DNA from: Scyliorhinus canicula
Lineage: Eukaryota
Direction of reading: 5' to 3'
DNA length: 64,000 bases
NCBI RefSeq assembly: GCF_902713615.1
Contig: NC_052159.1
Coordinates: 11,358,018 to 11,422,017 of the forward strand
Shown piece by piece: positions 48,501 through 62,649 of the stretch (position 1 is its first letter; every line of letters starts with the position of its first letter). Below the pieces are notes generated by a model. That model did not search any database and was not told the DNA's origin. It saw only the letters and a program-made list of their open reading frames with translations. The position numbers and the translations under genes are program-made.

Positions 48501-49709
48501 AGGAGCTGCATTTTAATTTATCCCTCAGCTTACTGATTTCGTTTATTTGCTTAACCAAAAGATGCACAGGAAAGAAAAGGTGAAAGACTCGCATTTATTT
48601 AACGTTTTCATGATCTCTTTATTGCCAATGAGGTACTTTTGGAGTGCAGTCACTGTTGTAATGTAGGACATTTCGCAGACCATTTGTGCACAGCAAGATC
48701 CCATAAACTGCAACGTGGTAACGACCAGATGATTCCCTTTCGTGATGTCAGTTGAGGGATAAATATTGACCAGGGTGCTGGAGATAATTCCACTGACCTC
48801 CTTTGAAATGGTCCCATCCCAGAGGGCTTTGAAACCTCTGACAGCGCAGATCTCCCTCAATACTACTCCCTCAGTAATGCCGGCCTAGACTTTGGTGCTC
48901 CAAAGGATTATCTGTTGCATTGCAACCCCTAAAGGAAGACCTACCCTTTCAGGGCTCTGCCACTCATAAACCATCCTCCTTCTAAAAATATATTTATAAT
49001 GTGCCTTTTTGTCACATATTTTCCGTGACTTCCAAGGCCAGCCTTGTAAAGAAACTGCCTTGTAAAGCCGCTGTCTGCTGCCTCAATGTAACAGCTTTCC
49101 TTTGTACCTGTGGAAGCCTTGCTATCTGCATTCCTTTTGAAAGTCAAATTGCGAAAAGTAATTACACTTAAACTGTAACCTTCCATTTTCTATATTGCTA
49201 CCTGCTTCCGTGGCATTTCATAAAAGTTTAATGTTGATGAGACTATTGAACATCAGACTTGAGAGGGGTTATTTGGCTTGGCATTGATAACTCACAGTGC
49301 TCTCTTCCCTTTTTCTCCTCTATTCTAATAAAGGGACTGCCTTATTCTGCAGGATAGTGTCAATCACTCACTGATACTTTGCCAAGATTGTCACTGTTTG
49401 TTTGTGAATCTGGAGAGCAAGTGCTGGCAGGTTGCATAGATTTGGCTTGTATTCCTGTGGATGTGGAAGATTAAGTGGTGATCTGAATGAGATGTTGAAA
49501 ATGATGATGGTATATAATGGAGCAGATAGAAACCATCCCTCTGGTGAACGGGAATCGAGAACAATAGGGTGCAGAAACAGGAGGAGGTCGTTTCGCCCCT
49601 TGAGGCTTTTCTGCCGTGCAGTGGGATCATGGTTGATCAGGAACCTAACTACACATACCCGCCATTGCCCCTTTTGTGAGGGCCAGGAAGAATCCAGCAC
49701 GAGCTTGTA

Positions 49710-50090
49710 GATTCATAGTCATAGAGGTTTACAGCATGAAAACAGGCCCTTCGGCCCAACTTGTCCATGCCGCCCATTGTTTACCACTAAGCTGGTCCCA
49801 ATTGCCCGCAATTGGCCCATCTCCCTCTATACCCATCTTACCCATAAAACTGTCTAAATGCTTTTTAAAAGACAAAATTGTACCCGCCCCTACTACTGCC
49901 TCTGGCAGCTCATTCCAGGCATTCACTTCTGTGTGAAAAAAATGCCCTTCTGGACCCTTTTGTACCTCTCCCCTCTCACCTTTAACCTATGCCCTCTAGT
50001 TTTAGCCTCCTCTACCTTTGGGAAAAGATGTTGACTATCTACCTTATCTATGCCCCTCATTATTTTGTAGACCTCAGGCAGTCAAGCAGA
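49710..50090 (-). mobile_element. CR1 3' end fragment
   Basis: ORF 49729-49926 (AWNELPEAVVGAGTILSFKKHLD). Confidence 0.8.
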
Positions 50091-50774
50091 AAGTAACTTT
50101 CTTCACATGAATGTGTAGGGCCAGTAGTTCACTGCTGGTTCTCTCTCTAGCAGGTACCACACTGGCCAGCTCTATTTATACAGCTGTGCCCCCCCCCCCC
50201 CACCCCCTCATTGGAGGAGCTCATATTCCCCAAGTAATTCCCAATTGGAGTAACCAATTGTCCCCAGCTAATAGGCCTCTGGGAAGCCCCATATCCATTA
50301 ATGCCACTGGAAAACAAAAATTATCAATCTCATAATTAAAATGATTGATTTAGGATGAATAGGATGGAATTAACATCAATAGTCGTTTGCGGTAGAGAGT
50401 TCCAAACTTCCAGCATCCTTTGTATGAAGTGTTTTCTAATTTCACTCTTGATGGATCCGTCTCTAAATAAATGCCCCTTAGTCCTATACTCCCCTCCCCA
50501 ACCAGCAAAAATAGTTTGTCTGCACCTAACCTATCTGCTCCTCTGAATATCTCGAAAAGTTAAATCACCCGGTAACCTTCTAAATTCCGAGGCCCAATCT
50601 TAAGAATACAGCTAGACTATTCAGGGGTGGTGTCATTCAGCACTAATTTGTACAAAGGGTAATGGAAATCTGGAGCTGTCCCCCTTCAAAAAATGTGCTG
50701 AGATTGTGGGGCGGGGGGGGGGGGGGGGGGGGGTGGGGGGGGGTTAATTGCAATATTCTAAACTCAGCCCAATG

Positions 50775-51180
50775 CTGTCTACATCTCCCACAGGAAGGCA
50801 GACAGCATTGTCAGAGACCCCTCCCACCCAGGCATTGGCTTCTTCCAGACCCTTCCATCAGGCAGACGGTACAGAAGCCTGAAGACCCGCACATCCAGAC
50901 ATAGGAACAGCTTCTTCCCCACAGCTACAAGACTCCTCAACGACTCCCCCTCGGACTGATCTGTTCCCTGTAAGAACACTATTCATGACATCCTATGCTG
51001 CTCTTGCTCATGTATTTGCTTTATTTGGTCCTTGTTCCACGCTGTAACCAATTACTTACTTGTCGATGTACTTTACGGGTTATTCTTTTTCTCTACTATG
51101 TACGTACTGGGTACGTTCCCTCGGCCGCAGAAAAATACTTTTCACTGTACTTCGGAACATGTGACAATAAATCAATCAAT
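50775..51180 (+). mobile_element. Rex1/Babar-like LINE 3' end
   Basis: Encodes IVRDPSHPG..LPSGRRYRSLKTRTSRHRNSFFPTATRLLN and ends in aataaatcaatcaat. Confidence 0.7.
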
Positions 51181-51741
51181 AAACTGAGAATGATAGATTT
51201 TTGCTGTTTGATTCCTTTCCCACACCCACTGGTGCACAAGGTAGACTTTCTTCTGTTTCCACAGCTAGATTTACCTGGAATAAGTTGCTAGCCTGTCGCA
51301 TATAGCTTTGGGGGAAGTTGGGGGGGGGGGGGGGGGTACAACTCCGCTCTTACTGCTCACCATTGGTGTGTGTTGGAATGATTTTGCAGGTTGGTACTCG
51401 ACCTGTTTGGCCGTGTTGTAAATGTGCCTTCCTTGGCCATCAGGTCCTGGGTCGGACTTGAACCTGGAGCTTCTGGCTCAGAGATAGGGACACTACCCCC
51501 TGCGCCACAACACTGCCATGGATTTTTGTTAGGCACTAAGGTTTAGACATCAAAGGAGGTAGATGGAGTTAGATTACAGAACAACAATCAGAGGGTGATG
51601 GGCTGAAGGGTCTCCAGTTGCTCCTATGTTTCTAACAGGTGAGAAGTTGACTCACATCAAATAGGAGATTGTAGAAAAGGCATCCATCTAAAGCAAGTCT
51701 TCACTTGTTTCCAGTGGAGTTATCAGACTAATTAGAAACGA

Positions 51742-52484
51742 ATTGTTGGATTTTACACTCCGCTGTCGGCAGGTCTGAAGGCGTGGGGGCTTGTAAACTG
51801 CAGCACGTGGCCTGCCTGCCGTCTATCTGCCCTCTGTCTACCCTCCCACCCCTGACCTGTGTCCAGTTTTACAGGTCGGTGGGCAGATGGCCACTTACAG
51901 GCCTCATCCTGCTGCCCTACTGTTTTACCCGAGGCAGGGGAGACCCATGCCAAGTGGTAGCCTGTCAGGTTTAGCTTGGGGGAGGGGGACCCTGTGCCCA
52001 TTAGAGCCCCCCCCCCCCTCACAAATCCAAATCCCACCTTCAACGCTTTCCCACCCCGGCCTCGCAAACCCGGAATCCATGAGCTCTTCTTTGGGTACTG
52101 GCTGTGGTCCTAGCAGTGGCCATCGCTCAAACATCCCCTGGGAGACCACCATGAGTGCTGTTTCATCTGGTCTACGTTTGTGGACAGTGCTCACTCAAGA
52201 TCTCTGAGGCGAAAGGGATAGATTCCAACCTCTTGGGACCTCGGAAATCTGCATATTAAAGTGAGACTAGCTGTCCCGCTTCAATACCCAGATTTGCTAA
52301 AAAAGTGATCCAGCCCACAATGGGTGGGATTCACATCGCAACATCTCGCGAGGTTGCGTCAGATCTTGTGAGATGTTGCGAGCCGGATAGATCCTGAGAC
52401 CGGGGTCACCCGGCTTCTATCGGCCACGCTGAGCCGTGTTGAGCTGCTTTTCGGGCGCAGCCTGGCCATTAAATCCCGTCCCCT
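51742..52484. mobile_element. GC/CpG-rich MITE-like element (unclassified non-autonomous DNA transposon)
   Basis: Ends in aaatcccgtccc and shares ctggtctacgtttgtg with the element at ~61570-62130. Similar GGGCGGGATTCTCC-type ends occur at 25466-25584 and 63950. Confidence 0.5.
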
Positions 52485-54565
52485 ATCTCTAACTTCCTCC
52501 AGCCCAAAAGCCATTCGAGCTCTTCCAATTCTGGCCTCCTGCACATCCCCAATTTTGATCACTCTATCTTTGGCAGTACCTTCAGCTGCAGAGGACCCAG
52601 GCTCTGGTATTCTCCCCTTAAACCTCTCTGCCCCTCTATCCCTCTTTCCTCATGTCAGACCTAGCTCTTTCAACAAACATTTTGGCCCTGCCTCACGTGG
52701 GTGCGGGTCACATTTTGTTTGCGAACACTGCTGCGAAGTGTCTTGGGAAGTTTTGCTACATTAAAGGCAGTTCGTACAGACAAGCTGTTGCAGTATTCTC
52801 TGTTTGTGAGAGAGGTGGGACTGAGTGATTTACTGATCTGGACAGACACGCTGAGTGAGAGACGGGACAGGGTCTGAAGGTCTTGCTGGAACCCCGCACG
52901 TCTTGCGGTATTGGAGCAATCCGCGCCCCCGCTGGTCGGTCGATTTGTATGGTGAACGTTTCGCTTGCTGTTGAGCTCTCCCTGACAGTGACAAATTACA
53001 GCAGCTAACGTGTGCGCTCAAGGCTAACCTTTGAATAAAAGATTACCTTTGTTGAGGCATTTTATTGTAGAAGCTTCCAGTAATGTGACAACCTGTACGA
53101 CTTTGCCTGTTACTTTTGCGATAATACGAAATTAAAGTCTGCATTAAGACCGACAGCCTATTTCTAATGGTGGGCGATCCCAGAACAAGGGAACATGATC
53201 TTAAAATTCGAACTCGGCTATTTGGGAGTGATATTGGGTGGGACAAATTTCCAACTCCCCCCTCCAAAGAGGTCATTGACACACCGGAAGGCAATTAGAG
53301 GTTTCCGGTCAAGTTTTTTTTTTCAAATTTAGAGTACCCAATTATTTTTTTTCCAATTAAGGGGCAATTTAGCCTGGCCAATCCACCTACCCTGCACATC
53401 TTTGGGTTGTGAGGGTGAAACCCACGCAGACACGGGGAGAATGTGCAAACTCCACACGGACAGTGACCCAGGGCCGGGATTGATACCCGGGTCCTCGGCG
53501 CCGTAGGCAGCAGTGCTAACCACTGCTCCACCATGCCGCCCCAGGGCCGAGTTAAATAGATTATTTGTTTGGTATCAAGCAATGCAGGAAACATTTGTGT
53601 ACAGCAAGATCCCACAAACAGCAATGTGTTCAGAACTTATGAACTGTGCTGCATTCTCTGGTCCCCCAGTCTCGTGTTTCTCCGGGACTCTGTATTCACG
53701 CCGCTTATCAGAGGCATTTCCCCTTGCAGCCACCCATGTCGCCGAGAAAGCTAAAGGTGTTCTGCCAGCAGGAAAAGTGAATCGCAACGGACGGAGAATT
53801 CCAGCCAATGTTTGGGAATATTGACGAAGGATAAATATTGCCCGTTTGCACCAGTGGGAACTCACTGCTCAACCTCAAACTAGCGCACGGAAGCTTTTAT
53901 ACCTGATTGACGGAGCAAGGGCTGAGAGATTGAATAGCTCACTCATGTTCCTATTCCATGCAAGGAGAAAACCCCAGAACACGTTTATGATATAAAACGA
54001 TGGTGCATGAATTGATTTTAAATGGTTCTATCTAATTGGGGTTTTGGATGAAAGATTTGTCACCTGCGATCTTCGAAGCAGCCGTCACTCTCATTAGCTC
54101 CCCAAAGATATGGAACTGTTTTTGCCGCTCATGTTATGCATCATCTTGAACGTTACTTACCTTTCTTTAGTCAGAGAGTAGTGAGAATGTGGAATTCCCA
54201 ACTGCAGGCAGTGGCTGAGGCCAATAGGCATAGATACAGTAAAGGTAAAGCTACATAAGCATACGAAGTGGATAGATGGTAATAGAGGATAGATGGAGGA
54301 AGAGTGAGGGATGGGGAACGTCCTGGTTAGGATGAATGGCCTGTTTCTGTGTGGAATGTTGTACATGATTGTATGCAACTCTCATCTGGTTAAATTACTC
54401 CAACACTGTAATAGCTTTAGAAATTTTTCCTTTTTTTTGCTTTAGTACAGAAACATCACAATGTTCACAAGATTCAGTAGTGTATCTGTTTATTTTGCTT
54501 ACTTGAAAGTAAAATGTTGTAATCCAGGGATGAGAGGTTTTAGAGATTGAAGTATTACGATCCCA

Positions 54566-57461
54566 ACCAGACAGGTGGTCTGAGGTGCATTTGTTTTAAT
54601 GCAAGAAGTGTAGCAGGTAAGGCAGATGAATTTAGGGCTTGGATTAGTAACTGGGAATATGATGTTATTGGTATTACTGAGACTTGGTTGAGGGAAGGGC
54701 AGGACAGGCAACTGAATATCCCAGGGTATAGATGCTTCAGGAGGGTTAGAGAGGGAGGTAGAAGGGGTGGAGGAGTTGCATTACTAGTCAGAGATGATAT
54801 CACAGCTGTGATTAAGGAGGGCACTATGGAGCATTCGAGCACTGAGGCAATATGGGTAGAGCTAATAAAATAGGAAGGGTGCAGTAACATTGTTGGGACT
54901 TTACTACAGGCCTCCCAAAAGCGAGCATGAAGTAGAGGCACAAATATGCAGACAGATTATAGAAAAATGTAGGAGCAATAGGGTGGTTGTGATGGGAGAT
55001 TTTAACTTCCCCAACATTGAATGGGACTCATGTAGTGTTGGAGGTGTAGATGGAGCAGAATTTGTAAGGAGCATCCAGGAGAGTTTTTTAGAGCAGTATG
55101 TAAATGGTCCAACTCGGGAAGGTACCATACTGGACCTGGTATTGGGGAATGATCCCGGCCAGGTGGTTGAAGCAATCGGTGATTACTTTGGGAATAGCGA
55201 TCACAATTCCGTAAGTTTTAGAATACTCATGGACAAAGACGAGAGTGGTCCTAAAAGAAGAGTGCTAAATTGGGGAAAGGCAGAGTGTAACAAAATTCGG
55301 CAGGAGCTAGGGAATGTGGATTGGGAGCAGCTGTTTAAGGGTAAATCCACATTTGAAATGTGGGAGTCTTTTAAGGAAAGGTTGATTAGAGTGCAGGACA
55401 GACATGTCCCTGTGAAAATGAGGGATAGAAATGGCAAGATTAGGGAACCATGGATGACGGGTGGAATTGTGAGACTAGCTAAGATGAAAAAGGAAGCATA
55501 CATAAGATCGAGGCAACTCAAAATTGAAGCTTTGGAGGAATATCGGGAAAGTAGGACGAATCTCAAACGCGCAATAAAGAGGGTTAAAAGGGGTCATGAA
55601 ATATCTTTGGCTAATAGGGTTAAGGAAAATCCCAAAGCCTTTTATTCGTATATAAGGAGCAAGAGGGTAACTAGAGAAAGGATTGGCCCACTCAAAGACA
55701 AAAGAGGGAATTTATGTGTGGAGTCAGAGGAAATGGGTGAGATTCTTAATGAGTACTTTGCATCGGTATTCACCAAGGAGAGGGACATGACGGATGTTGA
55801 GGCTAGGGATGGATGTTTAAATACTCTAGGTCAAGTCGTCATACGGAAGGGGGAAGATTTGGGTATTCTAAAAGACATTAAGGTGGACAAGTCCCCAGGA
55901 CCGGATGGGATCTATCCCAGGTTACTGAGGGAAGCGAGGGTCGAAATAGCTGGGGCCTTAACAGATATCTTTGCAGCATCCTTGAGCACGGGTGAGGTAC
56001 CGGAGGACTGGAGAATTGCTAATGTTGTCCCTTTGTTTAAGAAGGGTAGCAGGGATAATCCATGGAATTATAGACCTGTGAGCTTGATGTCAGTGGTAGG
56101 CAAATGTTGGAGAAGATACTGAGGGATAGGATCTATTCACAATTGGAGGAAAATAGACTTATCAGTGATAGGCAGCATGGTTTTGTGCAGGGAAGGTCAT
56201 GTCTTACAAACCTAATAGAATTCTTTGAGGAAGTGACAAAGTTAATTGATGAGGGAAGGGTTGTAGATGTCATGTACATGGATTTCAGTAAGGCGTTTGA
56301 TAAAGTTTCCCATGGCAGGTTGATGGAAAAAGTGAAGTCGTATGGGGTTCAGGGTGTACTAGCTAGATGGATAAAGAACTGGCTGGGCAACAGGAGACAC
56401 AGAGTAGTGGTGGAAGGGAGTGTCTCAAAATGGAGAAAGTTGACTAGTGGTGTTCCACAGGGATCCGTGCTCGGACCACTGTTGTTTGTGATATACATAA
56501 ATGATCTGGAGGAAGGTATAAGTGGTCTCATTAGCAAGTTTGCAGATGATACTAAGATTGGTGGAGTTGCAGATAGCGAGGAGGACTGTCAGAGAATACA
56601 GCAAAATATAGATAGGTTGGAGAGTTGGGCAGAGAAATGGCAGATGGAGTTCAATCCAGGCAAATGCGAGGTGATGCATTTTGGAAGATCTAATTCAAGA
56701 GCAGACTATATGGTCAATGGAAGAGTCCTGGGGAAAATTGATGTACAGAGAGATCTGGGAGTTCAGGTCCATTGTACCCTGAAGGTGGCAACACAGGTTG
56801 CTAGAGTGGTCAAGAAGGCATACAGCATGCTTGCCTTCATCGGACGGGTGATTGAGAACAAGAGTTGGCAGGTCATGTTACAGTTGTATAGGACTTTGGT
56901 TAGGCCACATTTGGAATACTGCGTGCAGTTCTGGTCGCCACATTGCCAGAAGGATGTGGATGCTTTAGAGAGGGTGCAGAGGAGGTTCACCAGGATGTTG
57001 CCTGGTATGGAGGTTGCTAGCTATGAAGAAAGGTTGAGTAGATTAGGATTGTTTTCATTGGAAAGACGGAGGTTGAGGGGGGACCTGATTGAGGGCTACA
57101 AAATTATGAGAGGTATGGACAGGGTGGATAGCAACAAGCTTTTTCCAAGATTGGGGGTGTCAATTACAAGGGGTCACGATTTCAAGGTGAGAGGGGGAAC
57201 GTTTAAGGGAGATGTGCATGGAAAGTTTTTTACACAGAGGGTGGTGGGTGCCTGGTACGCTTTGCCAGCGGAGGTGGTAGATGGGGGCACGATAGCATCA
57301 TTTAAGATGCATCTAGACAGATTTATGAACGGGCGGGGAACAGAGGGAAGTAGACCTTAGAAAATAGGAGACAGGTTTAGATAAAGGATCTGGATCGGCG
57401 CAGGCTGGGAGGGCCGAAGGGCCTGTTCCTGTGCTGTAATTTTCTTTGTTCTTTGTTCTTT
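54566..57461 (+). mobile_element. CR1 LINE with nearly the whole ORF2 (endonuclease plus RT), broken by two frameshifts
   Basis: ORFs 54547-54873 (FNARS..GITETW), 54890-56122 and 56104-57360 (PQGSVLGP, KFADD), followed by a (TTCTTTG)n tail. Confidence 0.93.
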
Positions 57462-58411
57462 GTAGACCCTACCAGTGGCGAGGATACTGGTCAGAAACCC
57501 CAATATTTTATTTTAATTTTGTAAGACTGTGAGGAAAGCATACCTCGCTTCACAAAAAATAAGAACAAAGAACAAAGGAATGGTATATTTAAACCAACTT
57601 TATTACCAACACAGTATTAAAATATTTAACATCACATTAGAAAAATAGCTTACAATTACCCCGTAAACAATGCTAATCAATACAGTGACACAATAACCCC
57701 TTAAATAATGCTAATCAATACAGTGACACAATAACCCCTTAAATAATGCTAATCAATACAGTGACACAATAACCTCTAACTGCTATCTTTATTCCCACGC
57801 AAACAACAAACCCATCTGAGCTCTCAATCCACTGTTCATTACCATTAGCACTCAGGAATACCTGCTGTACAGAGATGTCTTTTGACACTGCTTTAAAGAA
57901 AAGACCTGACTCCTGTCAGAACAATGCAGGAACTCTGGCTGTATTTCTGCAGAAGATGCTTCTCAGTTTGTTTCTGCTCACCTTCTCATCAGACAAGTCT
58001 GAACTGCTTGAAAAGCAGCTACTAATCTGTCTACAGACATATCTTTTAACTGAACTGCAGTGGGGACGAATGCGTGACTTCTGCTCACAGCTCCATCTAA
58101 CACTCAATTAAACTGCTTATCAGCAAAATGCCTGATACCTTCGCTCCTCCCATTAATTACACCATCTTACCAAGCTGAAATCTGATTAACTCCAGAGGGC
58201 CCCCCCCCCCCCCCCCCCTAATCCAAACAACATTCCATTAACCCAAGCTTTTTACGATGGCCTAATTGCACCCCTGGCTCCCAAAAGCTTTCAAACCAGG
58301 ACTCTTTAAAAACATGACTGCAGCAGTCAAACACACTCTAACCAGGCTTATAACCCTTGCTGTACCAAATACATATAATACAATATATCTGAACTTTTTA
58401 AATTCATCACA
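57461..58411. mobile_element. Possible solo LTR containing a 38-bp triplication (57669-57775)
   Basis: TGTAG...TCACA ends and LTR-like size. No TSD was found, and the left flank is masked by the CR1 tail. Confidence 0.4.
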
Positions 58412-58613
58412 GTACAAGCTGGTCTGATTCTCCTCCAAGCAGAAAATTATTGAGGAGGTGTGACAGCGGTGTTCAAAATTATTAAGTGTTTTGATAGAGT
58501 AAATAAGGAAGGAACTGTTTCCAATGCCACGAGGGTTGGTAACCAGAGGATACAGATTTAAGATGACTGGACAAGGAACTAGGGGGTGATGTGAGGGTGA
58601 ATTATTTTTTATG

Positions 58614-59078
58614 CAGCGAGTGGTTAGGATCTGGAATGTACTGTCTGTGAGTGTGGTGGAGGCTGATTCACACAGTGAGTGGTTAGGATCTGGAATGTAC
58701 TGTCTGTGAGTGTGGTGGAGGCAGATTCACACAGCGAGTGGTTAGGATCTGGAATGTACTGTCTGTGGTGGAGGCTGATTCACACAGCGAGTGGTTAGGA
58801 TCTGGAATGTACTGTCTGTGAGTGTGGTGGAGGCAGATTCACACAGCGAGTGGTTAGGATCTGGAATGTACTGTCTGTGAGTGTGGTGGAGGCTGATTCA
58901 CACAGCGAGTGGTTAGGATCTGGAATGTACTGTCTGTGAGTGTGGTGGAGACAGATTCACACAGCGAGTGGTTAGGATCTGGAATGCATTGCCGGAGAGT
59001 GTGGTGGAGGCAGATTCACACAGCGAGGGGTTAGGATCTGGAATGCACTGTCTGTGAGTGTGGTGAAGGCGGATTCAA
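58614..59078 (+). repeat. 59-bp tandem repeat, 8 copies (one 53 bp), derived from the CR1 ORF2 3' end
   Basis: Units start at 58614, 58673, 58732, 58785, 58844, 58903, 58962 and 59021. The unit cagcgagtggttaggatctggaatg..gtggtggaggcagattc corresponds to CR1 QRVVRIWNALPESVVEADS. Confidence 0.95.
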
Positions 59079-62000
59079 TTCAGGCCTTGGAAGGAAAATT
59101 GGATCATTATCTGAAAAGGAAAAAATGCAGGGCTGCGGGGAAAAGGTGGGGATAGGGGGAGGGGCTGGGTGAATTGCCCTTGCAGAGAGCCAACACAGAC
59201 ATGATGGACCAAATGGCCTCCTTCTGTGCTGTAACCAACCTATGATACAATGTTATTGGGAAAGAGCAGGGTATGTAACTAATTGGATTGACGTTTCAAA
59301 TAGCCTCTGGTGTTGTAACATTCTAGTCCATTACTTTGCCAGTCATAGAATCTACATTACTAGAGGCCATTTGGCCCATCGAGTCTGCACCGGCCCTTGG
59401 AAAGAGCACCCCACCCAAGCACATGCCTCCACCCTAATCCCGGAACCCAGTAACACCACCTAACCTTCTGGACACCAAGGTGCAATTTAGCATGGCCAAT
59501 CCATCTACCCTGCACTTCTTTGAACAGTGGGAGGAAACCGGAGCACCCCGAGGAAACCCATGCAGACACGGGGAGAACGTGCAAACTCCCCACAGAGGTC
59601 GGAATTGAACCTGGGACCCTGGAGCAGTGAGGCAGCAGTGCTAACCACTGTACCACCATGCCACTCCAGTCTTCTGATGCATATTAATTATGGCTCCATC
59701 ACTAATACAGTTCCAATTTAAAATACTTCACTATAAAAGTCGCCAGTCTATACCAAATCAAGATTTATATAGTTAAAAATAAATTCTGCAGAGGGAATGT
59801 TCTTCTGGAAGTATGTACAAAAGAATTAGCAACAAACACTTATTACTGATAACATAGCTCTCTACAAATGCCCATCGAACCTGCGGCATTAGTTTATATT
59901 CCTGTATTATCTTGGTTTCTGATTTATAGTTCTGATGAGCGCCATGTCTTCATATTCCTGATTATGTGCCTCTCTGGCCCGGTCTGTACTCAGAGGTATT
60001 GCACGTCCTCTGAAAGAATTTAGGTGAGATCCCTCTCGGCTTCCGGATGCTTCTTCAGGATTCAGTTTGTCCGAAGGACGGTTACGACGAACAAATAGAA
60101 GGGCCTGGAATGAATTTCAGTTGCAGCGTCAGTACAATACCGAATATCATACTCCTTACCACTGCCTTAACGAGTATCTGAGCATCAACAAAATAGACGT
60201 TCCTCACATGTTGCTTGCCGTAGAGGGAGCGCAATGAAGGGTCACCAGCCTGATCCCTCGGATTGTCCTGTGAGGAGAGGTTGAGGGGATGGGCCATTAC
60301 TCTCTGGAGGTTAGAGGAATGAGAGGTGACCTCAATGAAGCGTACAAAGTTCTTCCAGGTCGCGACATGGTGGATGCGGGAAGGATGTTTCCCCTCGCTG
60401 AGGGGCTGGTCTAGAACTAGGGGACTGTACTAGGGCACGGTAGCCTTGTGGATAGCACAATTGCTTCACAGCTCCAGGGTCTCAGGTTCGATTCCGGCTT
60501 GGGTCACTGTCTGTGCGGAGTCTGCACATCCTCCCAGTGTGTGCGTGGGTTTCCTCCGGGTGCTCTGGTTTCCTCCCACAGTCCAAAGATGTGCAGGTTA
60601 GGTGGATTGGCCATGATAAATTGCCCTTAGTGTCCAAAATTGCCCTTAGTGTTGGGCGGGGTTACTGGGTTATGGGGATAGGGTGGAAGTGTTGACCTTG
60701 GGTAGGGTGCTCTTTCCAAGAGCCGGTGCAGACTCGATGGGCCGAATGGCCTCCTTCTGCACTGTAAATTCTATGATAATAAGGACTGTGATGAGGAGGA
60801 ATTTCTTTACTCAGAAGGTGGTGAATCTTTGGAATTCTCCGCCCAGTCATTGAATATGTTCAAGACGGAGATCGATAGATTTCTGAATAAATTTAGAGTA
60901 GCCAATTCTTTTTATTTCAATTAAGGGGCAATTTTCGAGATCAGGCGTTTTCAGACTAGTATGGCCGTAGGCTTAAGGGGCAATTTTGGCGTGACTAATG
61001 CACCTACCATGCACGTTGCTGGGTTGTGGGGGTGAAACCCACGCACACACAGGGAGAATGTGCAAACTCCACACGGACAGTGACCCAGAGCCGGGATCGA
61101 ACCTGGGACCTCGGCGCTGTGAGGCAACAGTGCTAACCACTGCACCACCGTGCCGCGTAGATTTCTGAATATTAAAGATATTGAGGGTTATTGGGTTAGT
61201 GTGGCAAAAATGGTCGAAGATCAGCCATGATGTAGCTGAATGGCAGAGCAGACTCGATGGGCTGAATGATCTACTCCTATTAGTAATAATAATGTCTAAA
61301 AGGCTTAATATGTTCATACGATGTTTCTCTGCCACTAATGAAGTGGGGGCATTAACACATTTAAAAAAAAATAAGCCAACTTAAAATAGCGATAAAAGCA
61401 ATGGCATACATGTGACATACACTTTACCTCTTTACCTACCAGTTAATCTCAGTTACATGTCTTTTAATTTCTGGATACAGATATAATCTTATGCATGTTA
61501 TATATGCTATTTATTGTACTTCATTCCATGCACTGTATTTTACATATGCCAAACTCTACGGGTGTGAGTTAGCGGACAAAAGTTAAATTTCGCTTCTGGG
61601 CGCTATTCAACAGCAACTTTGCTTATTTTTTGGCCTCGGGGAGTTTCTCCCCACTGAGGCCACACTCAGAGAGATTTCCCGCTTGCGAGTCCATCTCGTC
61701 AGCAGAAAGGGCTCCTCCCAGATCGCTGCGCCATTTTGGATGGCAGACCCGATCTTTCTCCACCCCCTTTCAGGACCTCTCCCTTTTGATCAACTCCCCC
61801 CTTCACGCCCCCAACATTGTTGAGGCCTCTGGAACCCCACCGCTAATAGGCAAGATTGCCCCTCCCGGGCCCAAACCCTGGCAGTGCCAACCTGGTACCT
61901 GGGCACCTTGACTGTGCCATCCTGGACACACCGGAGGTGCCAGGCTGGCAGTACCAAGGTGCAAAGGTGCTCGGGGGAGTGCCAGGACACCACCCTACCC

Positions 62001-62649
62001 TATTCCCAATCACCTGGGGGTCTCCAGTGGCCCGCAAGACCCACCGAGGTGTCGTTACGCCTGGTCTACGTTTGTGCAGACCAGCATTAAAAGGCACCCT
62101 ATCGAGGTCTCACATGTCCAGCCGTTGACGTCCGGGCATCAGGTGAATCCGGAATCCGGATATTTAAATAAGTCTAATGGAACATGTTTTGGGGTTTGGC
62201 CAGAGAGAGGTACAGCAAAGAACATCTGGAACCTGTTGCAATAATTTCCATGACAACTGGGAGGCGATAAAATAACGTGATTGCTCATCGTCCATCTGGC
62301 ACTGCTCACATTTCTCAGAAATGATTTATCTCTGATCACGGGTGTCCTGATTTGCTCTGATACTTTCATTCTGAATTCTGTTGTGTTCTTAAACAGGTGG
62401 TAAGATGAGGTAGCACCAGTCGGGCCGGAATCATTGACAATCCGTTGCGATTGCCGCTCGCTGGCTGGGATCCGGCCTACGATGTTTACGATATCTCTCA
62501 ATTATTTGTCAGATTAAACCAGCCTTTATTTGGGGGCGGGGAATAATCATACATTTCACTGAATATTTAAAATACATTTCAACACTATGAACCATTCTTG
62601 TGATACTTCTTCACAGTCATTCACAGAGTTGGATCAATTTGCCACTAGT

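Noticed and set aside
60040-60065. Second hammerhead (CTGAAGA on the - strand)
   Set aside because: There is no stem II closed by GAAA downstream.
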